Of a DNA stretch of 29,206 bases, positions 1 to 6,840 are shown piece after piece. Position 1 is the stretch's first letter. Each line of letters opens with the position of its first letter. The notes beneath the pieces were generated by a model that saw only the letters and a program-made list of their open reading frames with translations, did no database searches and was not told the origin of the DNA. The position numbers were made by a program, and so were the translations under genes. This DNA comes from a virus. Lineage: Duplodnaviria; Caudoviricetes. The stretch lies in the IMG/VR virus record IMGVR_UViG_3300048598_000265, positions 1 to 29,206 of that record, one strand, 5' to 3'.

Positions 1-170
1 GCCAGGGCCACCAGCGTCTCGGCAGGGATGTCCGTCCGGGAAGCTCCCGCCCGGGCCACGGCCTGGCGAACGCGCCACTCGGGGGAGGACGCCAGGGCCA
101 CCAGCGTCTCGGCAGGGATGTCCGTCCGGGAAGCTCCCGCCTGGGCCACGGCCTGGCGAACCGTCCACTC
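1..170. repeat. 90-bp tandem direct repeat (coding, 30-aa unit)
   Basis: 1-71 matches 91-161 with one mismatch (GCCAGGGCCACCAGCGTCTCGGCAGGGATG...). The period of 90 nt is in frame with the minus-strand CDS. Confidence 0.95.
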
Positions 171-272
171 CTTCGCGGTGGCTGCGTTGAGAAGATCTTC
201 CACCGGCAACTTGGACGTGTCGCCACCCAACGACATGACCGCCGCAAAACGCATTTTGATGTTAAATTTCAC
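1..272 (-). CDS. HEAT/LRV (leucine-rich variant)-like repeat protein, 5' part only (runs off the window); first clear gene of the leftward early operon
   Basis: Not in the ORF track because it is open-ended. GGAGG RBS then GTG at 272. Translation: MKFNIKMRFAAVMSLGGDTSKLPVEDLLNAATAKEWTVRQAVAQAGASRTDIPAETLVALASSPEWRVRQAVARAGASRTDIPAETLVALA..., with the 30-aa unit P.E.L..LA....W.VR.AVA typical of LRV/HEAT-like repeats. Confidence 0.75.
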   Translation of the reverse strand, partial: MKFNIKMRFAAVMSLGGDTSKLPVEDLLNAATAKEWTVRQAVAQAGASRTDIPAETLVALASSPEWRVRQAVARAGASRTDIPAETLVAL

Positions 273-316
273 GTGTCCTCCACCTGTTAAGGTTATTGAT
301 TTTCCCCTTGCCACTT

Positions 317-580
317 CTCGGACCCTCGCCCCAGGCGGGGCGGGAGGGGTCACTCCCCGCCCCTGCCCGGAACCGTTGTGGAGGGCGCGCCAGGCTGGCA
401 GGGCCTGGGGCGAGGGGCCGAGTCTCGAGCTTGGAGAGGATGGCTGGCCGGCCTTGATACCGGCTGGGCAGTCGGGGCAACCACGCTGCAACGCAGCAAC
501 TCTGGATTTCGCGGCCCAGTGCCACATGTCCCCATCAAATGCGTGTCCATCCACGCCGCAGCCACCCTCTCCAAGCTCGA
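317..580 (-). ncRNA. Candidate structured RNA in the PL leader: two adjacent long hairpins with branched interiors
   Basis: Inverted repeats 317-336/403-422 (19/20) and 425-446/559-580 (21/22; the mismatch becomes a G-U pair on the minus strand), each enclosing smaller hairpins. Confidence 0.55.
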
Positions 581-783
581 TATTCAAAGATCTGCTGATA
601 CCAGCCTTCACGCGCCCTTGGCCCTTGGATTGTTCCGATAACGTGGATGTCCCCCGTCTAGCGGGCGCTTATCCCCTCGGCGCTTCCAGGTGCGCTCTGG
701 CCCAAGCCGCCAACTCCTTCACCCTTGGCCCCGGGCCATCTGGCCGCGGTGCGGTTGGGTTCGTGGGTGGCGTTGTTGAAAGA

Positions 784-835
784 AAGATACCAAACGGTAT
801 CTATATCGTCTAGATAAAAATACCAATTGGATTCA
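784..835 (-). promoter_or_regulatory. Leftward early promoter PL with CI operators (OL)
   Basis: Minus strand reads TAGACG(812-807)-17 nt-TATCTT(789-784). A palindrome with perfect 7-bp arms, AGATACC-AAAC-GGTATCT (785-802), overlaps the spacer and -10. A degenerate copy AAATACCAATTGGATTCA lies at 818-835. The same motif and layout recur at OR. Confidence 0.8.
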
Positions 836-841
836 TCAGGC

Positions 842-865
842 AAAAAAAAACCCGCCGAAGCGGGG
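842..865 (-). terminator. Rho-independent terminator ending the cI-pilin transcript (analogue of lambda t-imm)
   Basis: Minus strand: CCCGC-TTCG-GCGGG followed by T9 (cUUCGg tetraloop plus U-tract), immediately before OL/PL. Confidence 0.9.
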
Positions 866-878
866 CTGAATGAATTGA

Positions 879-1028
879 GGCGGGGTGGTGCTTTGCGATC
901 CGGGACTATTCGCCCCACCCGCCAAGGAGTGTCCTAGCCTTGCGGAAGTCTATGCGAAATCCCAACCGGCAGGCTGGGATCATCTCTAGGCTGTGCCGTC
1001 ATCACCGAAGCCATCAAGCGCGGGCACA
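879..1028 (-). ncRNA. Candidate structured RNA / 3' UTR element between the PilX-like gene and the terminator
   Basis: GC-rich island beside an AT-rich gene, with stems 879-888/915-923, 933-937/986-990 enclosing 959-967/972-980 (G-U pair on the minus strand), and 992-997/1023-1028. Confidence 0.4.
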
Positions 1029-1037
1029 AGCAGTATT

Positions 1038-2750
1038 TTACCAATTGTTCTTAGCATAATTCGATTGAACATATGTTATGCTTGAACTCCATGAAACTGC
1101 TTGCGACGATAAAGACGCATAAACGCCTATAATTTTATTCGCTCCATCAAATTGAATTGTTGAACTTGAAAATAATGTCCCAAACCAATTGCTTAAATAC
1201 GTTAGCTCAATTGCGCTATGACATTCTAAATAAACTTTAGCTGCTAAACTTATGTCTGCTGATGAAAATGGATATTCTTCACCCTTATATATAATATAAA
1301 CACCACCATATTTATCTTTTTTTCCATCTATCCTGGTATCGATCTTAGTTACTCCATTCACAAAAATTAAAATATCTCCGGATGTAACATCCAAATATAA
1401 CTTTGTTCCATAACCAAGAGTTAAAGAGTCAAAATAATATGTTCCAGATAAAAGTTCAATTGTCGAATATTGGCCTGTTGTAGCATCACCATACCATCCA
1501 GGAGCAATGGGGTCCTTCGGATGCCCTTCATACCCGATAGTAGGAAATGTCTTCTTTGTAGCCGTTAGGCCAGCTGGTGAAGTCGGGGGATTAAACGTGG
1601 TTAGCTTTGGATTGTCGTACTTGGTACAGGAAACTGGCAAACCCGATGGTGCAACATTTTTGTTTGTATCTGGAGGAGGATAGGCGGCGTTACTGATTGG
1701 CGTTCCAATATATATACCATTGCCGCTTGGAGCGCTGTTTGCAGTGACTCCATTCCCCCAAATGCTATTTCCGTATCCCATTGTAAGCGCCCCGCCAGCA
1801 TAACCATTTGTCATGATAGTCCCTCCATGCGCGGACGGTTCCGCCCCAGAGGTCCACGGCGTCCCTCCTCCGCCCATAGCCAGAGCCCCTTTTGTGTAAG
1901 CACTCCCAACAACTGTTATCCCATAGTTCAGTGTGATGTTACCAGTTGCATCAATGTCTCCACCAACCCTAGATTGGTTGTCCATTGATACAGTTTTGTC
2001 AGAATAAATAGTTCCACCGACTGTATTGGCATTGGGCAAAGAAACATCAGAATTTGATTTTAAATCTCCAGATATAGTAGCTGCCTGCGCCATTGTTACC
2101 GTTCCAACGGAGCATAAGTTACCCTTAATCTTTTGATTATAATATAAATTTGTTGTGCCAAGTGACGTGACATTGCCCGTGATGGTAGCCTGGGAAACTG
2201 TCAATGAGCCAACATACAAATCACCCGTTATTACAGCATCGCCACTAATTGTAACATCTCCAGACGATATCATAACTTTACCATCATATGTATTTGTTGT
2301 TGTCGGTGTAAATGTCAAAGTATCTGTTGACGACACTTGAAATTTTGCTTGATTTGGACCAGATACAGTTTGCCCAGTTGAAGTTACCGAAAGTTTATAA
2401 CTTGAGACATCACCCGAACAATTTGAACTAAGCGTAAAACTTCCAAGACCACCACCAATGTCAAATGTTCCATTCAAAGCAGAACATAAATCATCCGTAG
2501 TCTTGCTGCTAGAATTAATCATTGGTGTGTAATAAGCAACAATTCCATTTTTATATTCTAGACCAGAGTATGCTAAATTTTTAGCTTGGTTCGTTTGGTT
2601 AAACATTAATTCATTTACAACTGCGACAGATGATATTTTTTGTATCCCGATAGCAAGCGCACCAACAGCCAATATTGCCAAAATAACAAACAACAGCGTT
2701 GATCCGCAGCAGCATTGTTCTTTGTTTATTATTTTATCATCAACGGACAT
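1038..2750 (-). CDS. PilX/MshP/GspK-like minor pilin fused to a beta-helix (bactofilin/polymer-forming-like repeats) adhesin domain
   Basis: N-terminus G|STLLFVILAILAVGALAIGI (class III-like signal lacking Glu5, as in the PilX class), then NQTNQAKNLAYSGLEY (PilX-type QA...A.SG.E motif). Repeated ~17-aa units such as ITGDLYVG, ITGNVTSLG, IKGNLCSVG, ISGDLKSNS, VGGDIDATG. AT-rich. Overlaps the upstream gene by 11 nt. Confidence 0.75.
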   Translation of the reverse strand: MSVDDKIINKEQCCCGSTLLFVILAILAVGALAIGIQKISSVAVVNELMFNQTNQAKNLAYSGLEYKNGIVAYYTPMINSSSKTTDDLCSALNGTFDIGGGLGSFTLSSNCSGDVSSYKLSVTSTGQTVSGPNQAKFQVSSTDTLTFTPTTTNTYDGKVMISSGDVTISGDAVITGDLYVGSLTVSQATITGNVTSLGTTNLYYNQKIKGNLCSVGTVTMAQAATISGDLKSNSDVSLPNANTVGGTIYSDKTVSMDNQSRVGGDIDATGNITLNYGITVVGSAYTKGALAMGGGGTPWTSGAEPSAHGGTIMTNGYAGGALTMGYGNSIWGNGVTANSAPSGNGIYIGTPISNAAYPPPDTNKNVAPSGLPVSCTKYDNPKLTTFNPPTSPAGLTATKKTFPTIGYEGHPKDPIAPGWYGDATTGQYSTIELLSGTYYFDSLTLGYGTKLYLDVTSGDILIFVNGVTKIDTRIDGKKDKYGGVYIIYKGEEYPFSSADISLAAKVYLECHSAIELTYLSNWFGTLFSSSTIQFDGANKIIGVYASLSSQAVSWSSSITYVQSNYAKNNW

Positions 2751-3231
2751 AAATAATCTCTTCGTATTTTTTCGTCAGGCTATTGGAAAAACTAGTTGTG
2801 ATTTGTATATTCAATAACCCCGATCCCGATGTTGCTCCTGCGATCGGTGCAAAATTCGCAGAAAAGCCACTCCCAGCGACAACATTGTCAAGCAAAATAT
2901 GGTTGGCATCATCTGAGGATGTATACAGAACTAAATTAGTGTCCAATAAGAAAATTGATCTGGTCCCGTCATATGTATATGATATAATATTATTCGTTGT
3001 TGACACAGACGATGCATTTTCCATTTCCCGCATGACTCGCACGATTGCAATTTGACATTTTTGGACCTGTGAATAATCTTGGTCAGAATTAACGTAAGAT
3101 TTAATAATATTACTATATATCTTCATGGATGCAACCAGAAAAAAACCTACCAGCAAAAGGACGCATAGAATTTCGATTAATGTAAACCCCAACAAAGGTT
3201 GTTTCTTAATACGTTTGAACGGAAAAAACAT
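2740..3231 (-). CDS. Prepilin-type N-terminal cleavage/methylation protein (PilW/MshO/GspJ-like minor pilin)
   Basis: Basic leader then G|FTLIEILCVLLLVGFFLVASM, followed by the PilW/J-type helix QKCQIAIVRVMREMENA. Confidence 0.85.
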   Translation of the reverse strand: MFFPFKRIKKQPLLGFTLIEILCVLLLVGFFLVASMKIYSNIIKSYVNSDQDYSQVQKCQIAIVRVMREMENASSVSTTNNIISYTYDGTRSIFLLDTNLVLYTSSDDANHILLDNVVAGSGFSANFAPIAGATSGSGLLNIQITTSFSNSLTKKYEEIIYVR

Positions 3232-3619
3232 GGCTCAAAGTCTCTTTAGTGCTATTATTTGTTATGGTAACAAGCACCGCTCCAGTAGAGGGTAGCTTCC
3301 AACCGCTCACTGAAGTTATATTTTGTACACTCGCTGTACAATTTGGACATTTTGTTCCATAGTTATCAGAAAAATTACTAACTTTTTCTATAATTGATGA
3401 TGCATCTTTTGTTGATAGATTTTCATAATCAGAAACAACAGAATTCATTGTATTATTCAAAAAAGAGCTTTCTTTTAATCTTTCTATCGGAACGTAGTTT
3501 GAGGTAATCCCAGAAAAAAAGAACGGGATTACCATCGTTGAAAAAATAGCTATCACCACCAGCGTAAGAATTACTTCTACTAGGGTAAAACCTTTCTTAT
3601 TTTTCCCCAAATTTTTCAT
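3206..3619 (-). CDS. Prepilin-type N-terminal cleavage/methylation protein (PilV/MshD/GspI-like minor pilin)
   Basis: MKNLGKNKKG|FTLVEVILTLVVIAIFSTMVIPFF is a canonical class III signal peptide with Glu5. AAGGA RBS. A CPNC cysteine pair lies in the globular part. Confidence 0.9.
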   Translation of the reverse strand: MKNLGKNKKGFTLVEVILTLVVIAIFSTMVIPFFFSGITSNYVPIERLKESSFLNNTMNSVVSDYENLSTKDASSIIEKVSNFSDNYGTKCPNCTASVQNITSVSGWKLPSTGAVLVTITNNSTKETLSHVFSVQTY

Positions 3620-3683
3620 AATCCTTCAAACCGTCAGAACCTAGTAGCCAGCATGTTCTGCAATTACTGAACAATAGGTATAT

Positions 3684-4112
3684 TTAACCGCGTAACAATG
3701 CACTATCGCGCTTTAGAGACGCATTGTGTTTATTTTTTACCGTATATAGCAACGGAATTTGCATAACAATATTACATACAAAACTTGCCATTACATAAAC
3801 TACCCCTTGAATATGAAAAAACATTATACATATTAAAGCGTGGAATGAAATAATTATACTTAAAGACACATATAAAATGCTTTTTTTAGCAAAAAAAATG
3901 AGTGCAGTTTCTCTGTTTAAAAAAAATAGTGGCAGTAGCGATAGCACTCCAACGATTATATAAAAAATGACAATATATTCGTATGCACTTTTAAAGAAAA
4001 AAGCTTCCTGGTATTTTTTAAAAAAATATATTGCCCCAAACAAATATAAGCCTGATATAACTAATCGAATTATCCTTTCATGACTCGTGATCATCTTGCC
4101 TTCACCTATCAT
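3684..4112 (-). CDS. Small polytopic (~4 TM) inner-membrane protein directly downstream of cI
   Basis: Four hydrophobic segments, very AT-rich, co-oriented with cI and the pilin genes. The start may be the ATG at 4094. Confidence 0.65.
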   Translation of the reverse strand: MIGEGKMITSHERIIRLVISGLYLFGAIYFFKKYQEAFFFKSAYEYIVIFYIIVGVLSLLPLFFLNRETALIFFAKKSILYVSLSIIISFHALICIMFFHIQGVVYVMASFVCNIVMQIPLLYTVKNKHNASLKRDSALLRG

Positions 4113-4166
4113 ACGGCGCCTCGATTATTTATAACGATTCGTATTTTCCATAAAAGTTCGAATATA

Positions 4167-4916
4167 TCATTTGTCCGTCATATCCGAGAAGCACACGACC
4201 ACTCGGCCAACTATAGCCTTGACAACGCTATCTTCAAAAGTTTCGTGAAAATCAAAAACCTTCGGGGGGTGGTTTGTGGCATCTTGCGAATAAAAAACGA
4301 TATCAAGATTCCCTTTTTTACTTTCCTGAAAAATGACGCGCTTTATCATGACGCCACCCGGCGAATCAGGGTCGCGCACAAGATATATATTCCCCGGAGG
4401 CTTGGGGTTCTTCGGAATATCCTCTCTATCAACAACAACTATATCGCCGGGGTTCATAAGCCCCGTCATGCTTGTTTCCCCTTTGGCGATTCGTACCCCG
4501 ATAAGATTTGTCCGTGTCCGGATAGAAGGATGGTTTTGAATTACCATTAGATAATTCCCATCTAGTTCAATCGGTTCGTCCACCCCTGTCCCTGCACCAG
4601 ACCATGCCACCATGGGCACAGCGAGATAATTATGGGCAACAGGCGGGGGAGCCCCCTCCGGGACATTCACTAGCTTGGGGTTGGCGAAGACCACCTCCCT
4701 GGTCATCTCTTGTTGCGCGCCAGGGAAGACGATGCGGGCGCCGAGCTTATCTAGCACGTCGGCCAAGTCTTCAAATCTAGGCTTCCGCTCCCCAGCAAAC
4801 CAGCGCGTAAAAAGATTCGCATTTTTCCCAAAAGCTTCGGCCATTTGTTTTGGGTTCTTATACCGCGTGGTGGACTCGGCCTTGAGCCGGTCCATGGTAT
4901 CCCTAAAAATCCCCAT
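4167..4916 (-). CDS. cI: CI-like phage repressor (N-terminal HTH, C-terminal S24 autopeptidase)
   Basis: HTH QMAEAFGKNANLFTRWFAGERKPRFEDL; S24 serine motif GETSMTGLMNPGDIVVVD and lysine motif VMIKRV; divergent from a cro-like gene. The ATG at 4916 (GAGGG upstream) is preferred over the track's TTG at 4952, which lies inside an operator. Confidence 0.9.
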   Translation of the reverse strand: MGIFRDTMDRLKAESTTRYKNPKQMAEAFGKNANLFTRWFAGERKPRFEDLADVLDKLGARIVFPGAQQEMTREVVFANPKLVNVPEGAPPPVAHNYLAVPMVAWSGAGTGVDEPIELDGNYLMVIQNHPSIRTRTNLIGVRIAKGETSMTGLMNPGDIVVVDREDIPKNPKPPGNIYLVRDPDSPGGVMIKRVIFQESKKGNLDIVFYSQDATNHPPKVFDFHETFEDSVVKAIVGRVVVCFSDMTDK

Positions 4917-4950
4917 ACCAAACCCTCTGCCAAGATTTTTCAGGTCTCGC

Positions 4951-5000
4951 AAATACCTTCCGGGATTTTATTGACGAAAATAGATACCATTTGGTATTTA
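4951..5000 (+). promoter_or_regulatory. OR operators and rightward promoter PR
   Basis: AAATACCTTCCGGGATTT (4951-4968) and AGATACCATTTGGTATTT (4982-4999) flank TTGACG (4971-4976). TTGACGaaaaTAGATACCaTTTGGTAT closely mirrors PL TAGACGataTAGATACCgTTTGGTAT. Confidence 0.8.
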
Positions 5001-5007
5001 CGCCTTC

Positions 5008-5223
5008 ATGAACGCACTGCGAGAATTTATCGATGCCCAAGGACTTTCACTTGCCGAAGCGGCGAGGATTTCCGGGGTCAACCCGGTAAATGTTCATCGG
5101 CACTACCACGGTGAACGTAGAATCTCTTCCAATTTAGCCCTCAGATACCATCGGGCGTTTGGCATCCCGCTCGTTGACCTGCTTGCAGCGCCCACCCAGC
5201 CCCACCCCGACGAGGCCGCGTGA
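5008..5223 (+). CDS. cro: Cro-like HTH repressor
   Basis: 71 aa with HTH LSLAEAARISGVNPVNVHRHYHGERRIS; divergent from cI across the operators. Confidence 0.85.
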   Translation: MNALREFIDAQGLSLAEAARISGVNPVNVHRHYHGERRISSNLALRYHRAFGIPLVDLLAAPTQPHPDEAA

Positions 5224-5248
5224 TGCTGTTTCCCCAAGGAGTGCTGTA

Positions 5249-5338
5249 ATGGAATCATTATCTTTTTTCATCGGGTCAATCATGGGCGCGATTATTTTTT
5301 ACGCCGGTTTCTATGTTGGCATGCATTCCAAGGAGTAA
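5249..5338 (+). CDS. 29-aa single-TM micropeptide
   Basis: AAGGAG RBS, ATG at 5249, MESLSFFIGSIMGAIIFYAGFYVGMHSKE. Its last codons carry the AAGGAG RBS of the next gene. Below the ORF-track cutoff. Confidence 0.6.
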   Translation: MESLSFFIGSIMGAIIFYAGFYVGMHSKE

Positions 5339-5342
5339 CCGA

Positions 5343-5678
5343 ATGTCACGGTATCGCCCTCCTCGGCGCCTCCCCTGGTACGCCCAGCCCACAAAATATG
5401 AGGCTCGCATGCGGATTGGAATGACCCAGGGGAGAAGAAAGCGTTTGCTGGAGCAACACAATGCCGAGAGGAAAGCGGAACGCGAAAGGGCGCGTCTCTC
5501 TCCTGAAACTCCTCCGATACCCCAACCAGAGAAAGTCAAGCAGTGGATATTCCGTATGACGGAAGATCATTTTATGGAGCATGTAGTATTCCCTTTACTG
5601 TTCACGATGGCTTCACTTGTTTGGATTGGATTTTTTGTCGGAATATTCTTTGAGCTTTTCCAATTGGGCGTGAAATAA
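5343..5678 (+). CDS. Hypothetical protein with a basic N-terminus and C-terminal TM helix
   Basis: AAGGAG RBS 7 nt before the ATG at 5343 (MSRYRPPRRLPW...); hydrophobic C-terminus. Confidence 0.5.
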   Translation: MSRYRPPRRLPWYAQPTKYEARMRIGMTQGRRKRLLEQHNAERKAERERARLSPETPPIPQPEKVKQWIFRMTEDHFMEHVVFPLLFTMASLVWIGFFVGIFFELFQLGVK

Positions 5679-5873
5679 GCCTACGGCCGTATCAGGATAT
5701 CCAGGGGCAGCGGAGACAAGCAATGCGCAAATCATATTATTCAGTAGTTCTTGAATCTTTTTTTGGTCAGCATCGGAGTCTCGTTTGACTCTATAAGCAA
5801 GACATGCAGTTACAATGGTAGACACCATGATTACCAAACTTGAAATAGCCATTATCCAATTTGGCCAATCCAT
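5613..5873 (-). CDS. Antisense-oriented membrane-anchored accessory (moron-like) protein
   Basis: AGGAG RBS; N-terminal TM MDWPNWIMAISSLVIMVSTIVTACLAY followed by a helical soluble part. Confidence 0.65.
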   Translation of the reverse strand: MDWPNWIMAISSLVIMVSTIVTACLAYRVKRDSDADQKKIQELLNNMICALLVSAAPGYPDTAVGLFHAQLEKLKEYSDKKSNPNK

Positions 5874-6113
5874 TTCGTCTCTCCTCTCAGTTTGGGTTTG
5901 GGTCGCACCGATTCAATACCGAGAGGGGCGAGAAAAAATAAAGGACTCGATATAATGATCGTATCATGGAACGCCAATAACGATCTGGACAATATCCGCT
6001 GTGTGATGTGGGCGCTCCCCCTGCCCCCTCTTCCCGCCCGGTCCCGTCGCTTGGATCGTCTGGCCCTGCCCCTTGCGCGTCGTCGCACGACGACATGCAG
6101 ATGCAGCATGCGG

Positions 6114-6317
6114 TCAGGCATTGCCATAGGTGGCGGGGACCTCGCATTGCAACCAAGGCAACGTCCGAATAGCCTGCTGAAGCGATGGCAACGATGTGGC
6201 CTCTACCCCTATACAGGAAATTTCTCCCGTATCTGTGACATATCGCAACAACGCCACCCCTTGATTTTCATCAAATATGGGCTCCAAAAATTCCGAGACG
6301 ACGATCCCTCGCGCCAT
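6114..6317 (-). CDS. Small hypothetical protein (possible paralogue of 6320-6505)
   Basis: GGAGG RBS lies inside the end of the upstream gene; contains the S-L-P-S-L motif. Confidence 0.55.
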   Translation of the reverse strand: MARGIVVSEFLEPIFDENQGVALLRYVTDTGEISCIGVEATSLPSLQQAIRTLPWLQCEVPATYGNA

Positions 6318-6319
6318 GA

Positions 6320-6505
6320 CTACGCCTCCTGCCGTGTTTCGACGCGGCGAAGATTGACGAGGACGTTGTGTAATGATGGAATCGACGAGACCGAAAACCG
6401 CAAGTTTATAAGTCCTTGTGGTGTTTCAGCCTGTAGGAATACGTCGCGTCCATTGTCGGCAACCAATTCGTCAAAAGCCAAGATATGAATTTCTTTCATG
6501 CTCAT
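6320..6505 (-). CDS. Small hypothetical protein
   Basis: Ends in the phage-typical QEA tail carrying the RBS of the next gene; contains the S-I-P-S-L motif. Confidence 0.55.
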   Translation of the reverse strand: MSMKEIHILAFDELVADNGRDVFLQAETPQGLINLRFSVSSIPSLHNVLVNLRRVETRQEA

Positions 6506-6519
6506 TCCGGGAGGTCGTT

Positions 6520-6840
6520 ATGGGTTGGTTAAAAAGGTTGTTTAGTAGCAAAAAAGAAAATTCTTTTTCAAAATTTTCCATAGATCAATTAAACGATAAA
6601 GATCTTTCCCCACTCCGCGACCACATGGATGCCTCTTTGAGAATTAAGAAAAAAGGCGAAGTTAACTACACTCAATTCAACATCACTATCGAGCCAGAAA
6701 TATTTGATAGAATTTGTAAATTGTCAGATGCTTCTAAGAAGGCTCGATCAGAGATAGCCAGGGGGCTTATAAAAGCGAATCTGGAAAATTTCGAACGTCA
6801 TCATGAATTGATTGTTATATTCGACAGAGAACTTAAATGA
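6520..6840 (+). CDS. Ribbon-helix-helix (CopG/Arc-like) DNA-binding protein
   Basis: GGAGG RBS before the ATG at 6520 (MGWLKRLFS...); RHH pattern TQFNITIEPEIFDRICKLSDASKKARSEIARGLI. Confidence 0.65.
   Translation: MGWLKRLFSSKKENSFSKFSIDQLNDKDLSPLRDHMDASLRIKKKGEVNYTQFNITIEPEIFDRICKLSDASKKARSEIARGLIKANLENFERHHELIVIFDRELK

Noticed and set aside
1-170. Direct repeats as a possible CRISPR array
   Set aside because: The units are 90 nt, contiguous and in frame with a protein; there are no unique spacers. The Cas4-like gene is far away and solo.
28-813. 261-aa + strand ORF
   Set aside because: It is antisense to the repeat gene and the PL leader, runs through the operator, has no RBS and has low-complexity composition.
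1038-3619. Pilin genes as host chromosomal DNA flanking the prophage end
   Set aside because: A matching phage operator/promoter and an early gene lie beyond them on the left, and no integrase or att site separates them from cI.
5852-6488. Overlapping ORFs 5892-6488(+), 5852-6127(-) and 5887-6156(-)
   Set aside because: They are Arg/Pro-rich, lack a clear RBS or motifs, and conflict with better-supported small genes. The coding status of 5880-6110 is left unresolved.
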